From Candidatus Coprovivens sp. (GTDB taxonomy: Bacteria; Bacillota_I; Bacilli_A; RF39; UBA660), in contig JAZOOK010000184.1 in the NCBI GenBank assembly GCA_045654965.1, positions 2,111-66,110 of the forward strand: a stretch of DNA of 64,000 nucleotides, in the 5' to 3' direction. Below the pieces are notes generated by a model. The model had not been told where the DNA came from. It worked only from the letters and a program-made list of their open reading frames with translations, and made no database searches. Below, piece after piece: positions 1 to 8,131 of the stretch; the stretch's first letter is position 1, and every line of letters begins with the position of its first letter. The translations under genes were made by a program, and so were the position numbers.

Positions 1-50
1 ACCACTTGCAGTCATATCCAAATATACCCTGTCGAAACCAAGTCTACCCC
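1..50 (-). ncRNA. ssrA: tmRNA (SsrA) 5' end; gene continues off the left edge of the window
   Basis: The reverse complement of 1-50 reads GGGGUAGACUUGGUUUCGACAGGGUAUAUUUGG..., matching the conserved tmRNA 5' acceptor/tRNA-like region (GGGG-N-UUCGACAGGG; B. subtilis GGGGACGUUACGGAUUCGACAGGG). It is preceded on the minus strand by -35 TTCAAA, a 17-nt spacer and an extended -10 TGcTATAAT (plus-strand coords 63-91). Confidence 0.55.
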
Positions 51-118
51 AGGTACGAATAGATTATAGCATAAAATTCCCTATTTTTGAAAGTTTTTCC
101 CTAAAAATCGAGCAAATT

Positions 119-147
119 TTGACACATTTATGGGCCTTTGTTATAAT
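119..147 (+). promoter_or_regulatory. Consensus sigma-A promoter (TTGACA-17nt-TATAAT) for the 275-3957 operon
   Basis: TTGACA at 119-124, an exact 17-nt spacer, TATAAT at 142-147. It lies about 125 nt upstream of the ATG at 275 and is divergent from the ssrA promoter. Confidence 0.6.
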
Positions 148-274
148 CTCGGCAAGTAAGAGGGGTAAACGTCAAAAATTGCTTTGCTATATATATAGAT
201 AAAGTTGACTTTTCTTACATTGTATGTTAGTGTAACTACTCGTAAAAAGAAATTGTTTCAAAGGGGGAAGTTTT

Positions 275-1768
275 ATGACTAAGAAAGAAGCTTTTAGAAT
301 TTTACGTATTACTCATGATATTAAGTATACTTATAAAAATTCAGATGGTACTGTTGATTTTATGGATATAATCGACACTTACAAAGCACAAGCTGAAGCT
401 GATATGCGTGTTGGTACTTATACAACTGTTAATCAATCAAAAATTAATGAAGCGTATAATTACTTACAATCACAATATGTAGCTAAAGCTGGTTCTAGAG
501 CTGTTAGAGCTACTGCTGCTGCAACAACTGGTGCAAGCAAATCTAAAGTTGCTCCAATATTAGCTGGTACTGGAATTTTATTATTAACTGGTGCAATGGT
601 TGTTGGTGGAATTCATATGTTAACTAATATGCCTAAGAGTGCTGGTTTACCAAACCAACCTGGGTATGTTCAAGAAGATGACAGAGACCAAGTTGATTAT
701 AAAGATTATGCTGCATATATGGGTGACTTAACTGATGAAAAAGCAGTTGAAGAAAGATCTGGAGAAATACTTGAATTATTCAATCAAAATGGAATTGTTC
801 ACACTGAAACAAATACTCCATATACTGTAGAAGAAATTCAAACTATTCTTCACTATATGAATGGTGGTATTCTACCTGAAGGTGTTTCAGTAGAAGCTGC
901 TAATACAGCATACTTAAATATGATTGCTGATATGTTTAATACAAAAATAGTATTATATAACTCAGCTTATATGGTAGGTGCTCAAATAATTGATTTTGAT
1001 GGAAATGGTAATATTTTAGATTTCGAAGGTAATATCGTTGATATCAATCATATAGGTTTTGATGAAAAAACTGGATTAACAATAATTGATCCACAATATG
1101 CACACCTATATTCAGAACATGGATTAGGAACAAGTGAACAACACTATAATAGAGCTGTTGCAAATTATATACCTATCGATGTAACTGATTTCCAATTTGG
1201 AGACAGTACTGCATATCCATACTTAGAATGGTTCAGTGCTCAATATAATAAGTTAATGACAACTACTGATAAAAATGAAAAAGTTGCTATATTTAATCAA
1301 TTAACTCAAAGTTTAGCTGATATTACTTATGGTAATGGTTTCCAAATGAAAAATGAAAAAGGAGAAACTATATTAATTCAATATACTGATTTCTCTGATT
1401 ATGATGATGTAAATGATTACAATGCATTAAGAATAGTTGTTTCATTATATCAAGGCGCTAGATCAATAGTTGATTTAGAAGATTATGAACTTGGATATAA
1501 TCAAGAACTTGTTCAAACTCAAGATATGTATAGAATCATCAATAATGGTGGAATATCTGAAGTATATATAGAAGATGTTCTAGACTTATTCAACGCTGCT
1601 TGTGTTGGTGAAGATGAAGAAATGCATATATATGATGAAAATGGAGTTATAGTTGATGGTGATAACTTAGACCAAAGAGCTTATTCTAATACAAGACACT
1701 TATTAGAACAAAATGCTAAGAATGGTAACTTAAGTTATTGGGAAGATCATTACTCATTATCAAAATAA
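275..1768 (+). CDS. Hypothetical bitopic membrane protein: ~95-aa cytoplasmic N-domain, one TM helix, ~370-aa extracellular domain
   Basis: 497-aa ORF with RBS GGGGGAAG upstream. A single hydrophobic segment (ILAGTGILLLTGAMVVGGIHML) at aa ~95-118. No recognisable catalytic motifs. The stop is 32 nt before the next ORF, which has its own RBS (operon). Confidence 0.6.
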   Translation: MTKKEAFRILRITHDIKYTYKNSDGTVDFMDIIDTYKAQAEADMRVGTYTTVNQSKINEAYNYLQSQYVAKAGSRAVRATAAATTGASKSKVAPILAGTGILLLTGAMVVGGIHMLTNMPKSAGLPNQPGYVQEDDRDQVDYKDYAAYMGDLTDEKAVEERSGEILELFNQNGIVHTETNTPYTVEEIQTILHYMNGGILPEGVSVEAANTAYLNMIADMFNTKIVLYNSAYMVGAQIIDFDGNGNILDFEGNIVDINHIGFDEKTGLTIIDPQYAHLYSEHGLGTSEQHYNRAVANYIPIDVTDFQFGDSTAYPYLEWFSAQYNKLMTTTDKNEKVAIFNQLTQSLADITYGNGFQMKNEKGETILIQYTDFSDYDDVNDYNALRIVVSLYQGARSIVDLEDYELGYNQELVQTQDMYRIINNGGISEVYIEDVLDLFNAACVGEDEEMHIYDENGVIVDGDNLDQRAYSNTRHLLEQNAKNGNLSYWEDHYSLSK

Positions 1769-1800
1769 TATAAATATTAAAAATTAAGGAGGGTTTTGTT

Positions 1801-3957
1801 ATGTATGATGATAATGTTACTTACAGAGTAGGAATTAACTGGAAAGACATACTTATAAAATTAATAATGTTAATATTATTCGTTGTTATTCTATTACTGT
1901 TATTTCCTAAAGCTGATTTAGATGTATTTTACGATACTGTCTATTCAAATAATGTAAATACAATGAAGGATGCTGCTAGAAACTATTATACAGTTGATAG
2001 ACTACCTTCAAATGTTGGTGATAAAACATCTATGACATTAAAAGAAATGGTTGATAACCATATGTTAATTAGATTCACTGACAAAGATGGAAAAACTTGT
2101 GATGAAAACAATAGTTATGTTGAAGTTACAAAGGTTTCTAATGATGAATATACATTAAAAGTACAATTAAAATGTGGTGAACAAGAAGATTATATTCTTG
2201 AAACTATAGGATGTACTACAGTATGTTCAAATGGTAATTGTAATACAATTATAAATAATAATACAATTGCTGATGGTTCTCAAAATAATGGTGGAAATAA
2301 TAACACTAATAATGATAACAACAGTAATTGGGATCAAGTAACTGAAGAAGTTAACAAAGGTGGATATACTTATAAGGTTACTTACTATCAACACAGAAAG
2401 AAAATAACTTCTACAAGTGTTGTGTATACTTGTCCTGAAGGATATATTAAAAATGGTACTAAGTGTACTAGTACAACTACTAGTGCTACTATAGATGCTA
2501 CTCCTCATTATAATCCAGATAAAGTTATTACAACTGATGCTAAATATAATGCTGGTGGTTACTATACAGTTTATGCTGATTATATTAAAACACAAACTGG
2601 TATCGATTATAGTTGTCCTGCTGGATATACTTTAAATGGTACTTATTGTATTAAATATACTAGTGCAACTGAAGTTCCTGGGGATGTAAGTTATACTTGT
2701 CCTACAGGTTATACTAAAAATGGTACTAAATGTACTAAGACATATGATGCTACTTATACTGCTGGAGATACAACTTATAGTTGTCCTAATGGTGGTACTT
2801 TAAGTGGTAAGACTTGTACTATAACTCAAGATGCTAGTTCATCAACTGAATATACTTGTCCTTCTGGATATACTAAGAACGGATCAAGTTGTTATAAAGT
2901 TTATAACGCTACATCTAAAACTACTTATAGTTGTCCTAATGGTGGTACTTTAAGTGGTACTAAATGTGTTAAAGAAGGTACTACATATAATGCTGTTGCT
3001 ACAGATACTACTTATGGTAGCTGGGTAGCTAAAGGTACTCAATACTATACTAGTGCTGGTAAAGGATACCAAGGAACTACTTCATGGTTACAATTAAATG
3101 GTATGATTACTGGTGCTGCTTGTGGAAGCCCTTGTGGTGGAAAAGGTACTTGGTATAAATATACTTACTATGAAAGAACAGCTAAAATTGTTTATGGTTG
3201 TCCTAATGGTGGTACATTAAATGGAACTAAGTGTGTTACTTCTGGTTCTTCATATGATGCTACTCCATCAACAACATATAGTTGTCCTAATGGTGGTACT
3301 AGAGATGGTTCTAAATGTACTTTAACTGCTAGTCCTACTACAAGTACTGTTTATAGTTGTCCTTCTGGATATACTAAGAATGGTTCTAAATGTACTAAGA
3401 CTTATACAGCTAGTTCAAATACTGGTGCTGGATCTTATAGTTGTCCTAATGGTGGTACTCTAAATGGTACTAAGTGTACTATTACTAGAGATGCTGATAA
3501 AGTAGTTGGAAATCCAACATATACTTGTCCTGCTGGATATACATATAATAATTCAACTAAAAAATGTGAATATAAGATAACTGCTACTGCAACTGCTGAA
3601 TATTCATATACTTGTCCTGCTGGATATACTAAATCTGGAGAAGGAACAAATACTAAATGTTCTAAAACAGTACAAGGTGAAGGAAACTATTATTGTGAAG
3701 ATGCTAGTGCTGTATTAAATGGTACTAAGTGTGTTAAAACAATAAAAGGTGATATTAGTCATTATACTTGCCCTACTGATTATACTTTAAACGGTACTAA
3801 GTGTTCTAAAACTACTACTGTTACTGTAGATGCTAATAAAGAAACTAAAACATCTACTTCATATAAATATAAATGGAGTAAATATTCTAAACTTGATGGT
3901 TGGGAATTTACTGGTAAAACTAAAGTAGTTACTGAATATAAAGCTGGTCAAAAGTAA
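1801..3957 (+). CDS. N-terminally membrane-anchored Cys-rich tandem-repeat surface protein (novel C-x11-C modules)
   Basis: 718-aa ORF with RBS AAGGAGGG. N-terminal TM (ILIKLIMLILFVVILLLLF), an Asn-rich linker, then ~14 repeats alternating Y[ST]CP[AST]GYTKNG[ST]KC and YSCPNGGTL[NS]GTKC at a ~26-28 aa period. Followed by a rho-independent terminator. Confidence 0.65.
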   Translation: MYDDNVTYRVGINWKDILIKLIMLILFVVILLLLFPKADLDVFYDTVYSNNVNTMKDAARNYYTVDRLPSNVGDKTSMTLKEMVDNHMLIRFTDKDGKTCDENNSYVEVTKVSNDEYTLKVQLKCGEQEDYILETIGCTTVCSNGNCNTIINNNTIADGSQNNGGNNNTNNDNNSNWDQVTEEVNKGGYTYKVTYYQHRKKITSTSVVYTCPEGYIKNGTKCTSTTTSATIDATPHYNPDKVITTDAKYNAGGYYTVYADYIKTQTGIDYSCPAGYTLNGTYCIKYTSATEVPGDVSYTCPTGYTKNGTKCTKTYDATYTAGDTTYSCPNGGTLSGKTCTITQDASSSTEYTCPSGYTKNGSSCYKVYNATSKTTYSCPNGGTLSGTKCVKEGTTYNAVATDTTYGSWVAKGTQYYTSAGKGYQGTTSWLQLNGMITGAACGSPCGGKGTWYKYTYYERTAKIVYGCPNGGTLNGTKCVTSGSSYDATPSTTYSCPNGGTRDGSKCTLTASPTTSTVYSCPSGYTKNGSKCTKTYTASSNTGAGSYSCPNGGTLNGTKCTITRDADKVVGNPTYTCPAGYTYNNSTKKCEYKITATATAEYSYTCPAGYTKSGEGTNTKCSKTVQGEGNYYCEDASAVLNGTKCVKTIKGDISHYTCPTDYTLNGTKCSKTTTVTVDANKETKTSTSYKYKWSKYSKLDGWEFTGKTKVVTEYKAGQK

Positions 3958-3973
3958 TATATATATATCAATT

Positions 3974-4001
3974 AAAAAAGACTTATAAAAGTCTTTTTTT
4001 T
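3974..4001 (+). terminator. Rho-independent terminator of the 275-3957 operon
   Basis: aaaaAGACTTataaAAGTCTttttttt hairpin plus T-tract immediately after the stop. Confidence 0.7.
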
Positions 4002-4096
4002 ATGTGTTTATTAGTTGTTTTTAGGCGTTTTTAGGGTTTTTTGCTATTATATGGATAAATACTTGTTTTAGTGGTATTTATTGCTTATTTATGGGA

Positions 4097-4609
4097 TTAT
4101 TGCATAATAAAAGATATTACACATATGATAAATATTATTATAGCTATTATTCTTCTTACAAATAAGTATTTTCTTGTTAATTGGACTAGTCCACTTATTG
4201 AAATTATCATACATACTATTGATAGATATTGTTGACCTTCTAAATCTTTACATAGCAATTGAACTAGAATGTATCCTATTATACCGATTATTAATAATGC
4301 TATATTTTTTCTATTGTTATTATAATTATTCTTTTTATCTATGTAATCTATAGTTTTTATAATATTCTCTTCTAGTTTTTCAGTATATTCTTTATCTTTT
4401 ATTTTTTCGCCACTCATCAATTCATTAATAGTAATATCAAGATTGTCACATAGTGGTTTAAATAAAGATAAGTCTGGAAGGTTTTTACCATTTTCCCAAT
4501 TACTTATTGAACGATCTGTTACTCCTAGTCTTTCAGCTAACTCTGCTTGTGTTAGTTTCTTTTTCTTCCTGTTTTCTGCTATAAATTTTCCTATTTTAAT
4601 TTGATCCAT
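4097..4609 (-). CDS. Membrane-anchored XRE-family HTH transcriptional regulator
   Basis: N-terminal HTH_XRE (KKLTQAELAERLGVTDRSISNWENGK) followed by 2-3 predicted TM helices. The start is placed at MDQIKIG, with RBS AAAGGAGA 8 nt upstream; the track ORF begins 6 codons earlier. Confidence 0.7.
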   Translation of the reverse strand: MDQIKIGKFIAENRKKKKLTQAELAERLGVTDRSISNWENGKNLPDLSLFKPLCDNLDITINELMSGEKIKDKEYTEKLEENIIKTIDYIDKKNNYNNNRKNIALLIIGIIGYILVQLLCKDLEGQQYLSIVCMIISISGLVQLTRKYLFVRRIIAIIIFIICVISFIMQ

Positions 4610-4717
4610 ATATTTATCTCCTTTCATAACTTAATTCTAAATAAAATCATATAAATATAACACGAACTAGAACTGGAGTTTTGAATAATATAAAAAAATA
4701 AATTACTAAATTGTAAT

Positions 4718-5326
4718 TTATCTTTTTTTTATTTTTTTACACCAAGTCCATTTCCCACATTTAGTACATTTTAATAATCTTCTAGTTGGTGTTTGCATTA
4801 ACAGTGCTATTTCTTTATAGTTAGGAACAAACATATGTTGACAGTTCTTACATTCATAATATCCAGTCTCTACTTTAAATTTAAGTGCAATAATGCAAGG
4901 AATTATAAATAGTATAATAGATACTATTATTAAAAAGTTTTGAAATGCACATTCAGGAATAAGAAGTGATATTAAAGTAATTAAACAAATAAGTGCTATT
5001 AAACTTATTATAATAATCACAAAAGCGGAATGTAGTAATCTTTTATGGTATCTTTCCTCATTTGTAGCCATTTGAATAATCAATTCATTTAATTGTTCTT
5101 CCTTTTGTTCTTTATCAATTGTTTCTCCACATAATAATTCATTTACATTTATTCCAAGAATATTACAAAGTTCGAGCATAATATTTGAATCTGGCATAGT
5201 TTTACCTGTTTCCCATTTTGATATAGCTCTGTCCGTTACATTTAACTTTTCTGCTAATTCTGCTTGTGTAAGTTTTTTCTTTTTTCTGCACTCAGCAATA
5301 AACTTACCTATTTTAATTTGATCCAT
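4718..5326 (-). CDS. Membrane-anchored XRE-family HTH regulator with C-terminal CxxC...CxxC zinc ribbon (tandem paralog)
   Basis: The N-terminal 70 aa are ~70% identical to the 4097-4609 product (MDQIKIGKFIAE.RKKKKLTQAELAE). Two TM segments, then CKNCQ...CTKCGKW. RBS AAGGAGGT. Confidence 0.7.
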   Translation of the reverse strand: MDQIKIGKFIAECRKKKKLTQAELAEKLNVTDRAISKWETGKTMPDSNIMLELCNILGINVNELLCGETIDKEQKEEQLNELIIQMATNEERYHKRLLHSAFVIIIISLIALICLITLISLLIPECAFQNFLIIVSIILFIIPCIIALKFKVETGYYECKNCQHMFVPNYKEIALLMQTPTRRLLKCTKCGKWTWCKKIKKR

Positions 5327-5445
5327 AAGATACCTCCTTTTCTTTTATTGTAGTATCTTTTATGAAAATTAACACGAACTAATAGTTGAATGACAAGAAA
5401 TCAACTGTTGGTAGAGTTGATAATTGAACTTTAATTTTACTTATT

Positions 5446-6189
5446 TTAATTAAATAATAATGGTATGTTACCATACACAATTATTCTTAATATACCTATG
5501 ATTATGAGATGTAATGGGTAGTATACATAGAAGAACCATTTCAGCCATGTAATTTTACCCTTCTGTCCGTTATACATTTTTAATAATGGATAAACAAGTA
5601 CTACACCTAGTTGGATAATAGCATATACTTTACTTACAAATATGAATGATACTAAGACATAGATTAATGTCCAAAGTATCATGTTTTTCATTTGTTTGTT
5701 TAGGTTACCTCTATGTTCATACATAGTTAGTATTATCATTAATGCAATACTACTCCAATCTGATGAGAATGTTACTAAGTTTAATAAAATTACTAATATC
5801 CATTTTTGCCATTCTTTTAATTTGTTCTTTCCATATACTATATGTAGTGCTACTACGGACCAAGCGAGAGTCCACATTATACTAGTTTGATTAAATATAT
5901 CTCCTGTACTAAATGGAATAAAATTAATACCGAATGCGAAACAATAAGCAAAGTGAGATATAATGGCAAATATAAATAATCTTTTTATATATTTTTTTAC
6001 ATCTTTTGTATAGAAATATCCTTCACATATAAAGAAGAACATAATAGGTGCTGTTAGTCTACCTATGATATGTAATATATTAGGTATTATAAGATTAGGC
6101 ATACCTGGATATAGCAAGTCTGCTATATGATCTATAGTCATAGCAATTATAGCTATTATTTTTAAACTATTTGAATTAAGTCTTTTCAT
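5446..6189 (-). CDS. traX: TraX-family polytopic membrane protein
   Basis: The N-terminal LKIIAIIAMTIDHIADLL matches the TraX family signature (LKxIAxxxMxxDHI). Multiple TM helices, 247 aa. Confidence 0.55.
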   Translation of the reverse strand: MKRLNSNSLKIIAIIAMTIDHIADLLYPGMPNLIIPNILHIIGRLTAPIMFFFICEGYFYTKDVKKYIKRLFIFAIISHFAYCFAFGINFIPFSTGDIFNQTSIMWTLAWSVVALHIVYGKNKLKEWQKWILVILLNLVTFSSDWSSIALMIILTMYEHRGNLNKQMKNMILWTLIYVLVSFIFVSKVYAIIQLGVVLVYPLLKMYNGQKGKITWLKWFFYVYYPLHLIIIGILRIIVYGNIPLLFN

Positions 6190-6219
6190 TTAATCATTTC
6201 CTTAATAAAGGGTAATTTG

Positions 6220-7158
6220 TTATTTTCTTGTTAACGCTTTTACAAATTGTTTTGGTTTATCAACATGAATACCATGACCACAATCAAATCGTTCTATTTT
6301 CATATTACTGATTAATTTATTTACTTGTTCTAAATCTTCATCAGTTAAAGCTCCTTGAATTAAACCATCGTCATCAATAGTAGTTTTTGCCTTCAAAAAT
6401 AATGTTTCACATTTTATATTCGATAATATTTTATTATAATCAACATTTGCATTAAATGAGTCATTATAAAAACTTTCTCCAAAATAAGGATCATAGTTTT
6501 GTATTCCTCTAAATGCTTCTAAAAATTTCTTAGGCCAAAACATTACTTTTAAATTTTTGTCTGGATGTTTTTCTCTATACTTTAAAGCAAGTTCTCCTAA
6601 CTTTGTTCTAATTTTTTCTCTAGAATCATCAGGAAAGAAGTTCCAACAATATTGATTTATAAAATAGTAATATACAAAATCTTTTATTTCGTCTTGAGAT
6701 ATAAATTTATGACATATAGTTGATAAATCTACATAATTGTATGTATTAAATCTTCTATCTCCAACACTTGCAAAAAATGGTGGGTCTTCTAATATAAGTT
6801 CAGAACATAATTCACACTTCGATGCAATGTATGAAGCAATAAGACCACCAGAAGAATGACCTAAAACTGAAACATTATCTTTAATCACTTCTTCTATAAA
6901 TTTAATAATATCATTACCAATATCTATTAAATTATATTTTTCTCTATTAAAAGAACTTTTTCCATGTCCATAACAATCAACTAAATAAATATGAAAATGT
7001 TTTGATAATTTATCAATCACATTCATAAAACTTAATGAATTAGTTCCTTGTGCATGAAGTAATAATAATTTTGGTTTATTTGTTTTTATTTCATAATAAT
7101 TAAGAATACTCTTATCATCTATTTTAAATTGATTATTAATAATTCTCATAATTTTCAA
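6220..7158 (-). CDS. Alpha/beta-fold hydrolase
   Basis: HGxG-like oxyanion region (LLLLHAQGTNS), nucleophile elbow GHSSGG, C-terminal catalytic His (CGHGIHVDKP). Confidence 0.65.
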   Translation of the reverse strand: MKIMRIINNQFKIDDKSILNYYEIKTNKPKLLLLHAQGTNSLSFMNVIDKLSKHFHIYLVDCYGHGKSSFNREKYNLIDIGNDIIKFIEEVIKDNVSVLGHSSGGLIASYIASKCELCSELILEDPPFFASVGDRRFNTYNYVDLSTICHKFISQDEIKDFVYYYFINQYCWNFFPDDSREKIRTKLGELALKYREKHPDKNLKVMFWPKKFLEAFRGIQNYDPYFGESFYNDSFNANVDYNKILSNIKCETLFLKAKTTIDDDGLIQGALTDEDLEQVNKLISNMKIERFDCGHGIHVDKPKQFVKALTRK

Positions 7159-7207
7159 CTCACTTTCAAATTGCTATTTATTTAACAAACTACTAAATTG
7201 TAATTTG

Positions 7208-8047
7208 TTACTTAGATTTTAGTTGCACTATAACTAACTCGGGTCTATTATTTACCCTAAAAGGAATAATACTATTTCCAATCCCTCTACTAACTATCAT
7301 ATTAGTATGAGCTTCTTTAAATTTTCCACTAGTATATTTAGGAAAAAATCCTTGATTTGGAGATATTAAACCACCTATGAATGGTATTCTTACCTGTCCA
7401 CCATGAGCATGACCAGTTAGAACTAAATCTAATTCATTATCAACATAAGTATCAAACAATTCAGGACGGTGTGATAACAAAATACTATAATTATTTTTAT
7501 CATAATTAGTATCAGTTAACTCATTTTTAATCTTTTCGCTATCTAAAGCATATGGATGATAAGACATATTTGGATCATTAATACCAATTAAGTTTATTTT
7601 CGCATCATCAATTTCTAATACTTCACTCTTATTATCTAATACAATAACAGCTTCATTTTCTAACTTCTCTTTTAAAGCTTCATATTCACCGATACTTGCT
7701 TCATGGTTACCAGTAATAAAATATATAGGGGCAATACCTTTTATTCTTTTTATAAAACTAATTGCTACATCAATATCTGTCTTTCTAGAATCAACTAAAT
7801 CTCCAGTTATTACTATAACGTTTGGTTTTTGTATCTTTATCTCCTTCACTAAAATATCAGTTAATTTATTCGATTTAGTATTATGAAAATCTGATACTTG
7901 AACTATTTTATATTCATTAAACTCTTTTGGTATTCTACTATTTATAATATCATAGCGACTAACTATTAATTCAGTATTTTGGAAATATAAATAATAACAC
8001 AACAATACTGTCACTATAAGAATTATAATTATTGTTTTTTTCTTCAT
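7208..8047 (-). CDS. Calcineurin-like metallophosphoesterase (YkuE-like) with N-terminal TM/signal
   Basis: Metallophosphoesterase motifs D-x-H (VSDFHN), GDLVD, GNHE, GHAHGG. N-terminal hydrophobic segment. Confidence 0.7.
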   Translation of the reverse strand: MKKKTIIIILIVTVLLCYYLYFQNTELIVSRYDIINSRIPKEFNEYKIVQVSDFHNTKSNKLTDILVKEIKIQKPNVIVITGDLVDSRKTDIDVAISFIKRIKGIAPIYFITGNHEASIGEYEALKEKLENEAVIVLDNKSEVLEIDDAKINLIGINDPNMSYHPYALDSEKIKNELTDTNYDKNNYSILLSHRPELFDTYVDNELDLVLTGHAHGGQVRIPFIGGLISPNQGFFPKYTSGKFKEAHTNMIVSRGIGNSIIPFRVNNRPELVIVQLKSK

Positions 8048-8096
8048 AGATATCTCCTTAACAAATTACTATTTGTCTCTTTGTTTTATTATAGCA

Positions 8097-8127
8097 TAAG
8101 AAAAGAGTTATCATATGATAACTCTTT
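8097..8127 (-). terminator. Terminator after pheT
   Basis: aaaGAGTTATCatatGATAACTCttttctt hairpin on the minus strand, followed by a TATAAT -10 for the downstream phosphoesterase gene. Confidence 0.55.
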
Positions 8128-8131
8128 AGTA

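Noticed and set aside
2227-2595. 122-aa minus-strand ORF inside the Cys-repeat gene
   Set aside because: It is an antisense shadow ORF in low-complexity AT-rich coding sequence, with no RBS and Ile/Ser-rich nonsense composition.
1-8100. ssrA-associated integrated genomic island
   Set aside because: Islands integrate at the tmRNA 3' end, which lies off-window to the left. The accessory genes here are on the 5' (promoter) side. No integrase or att duplication is visible.
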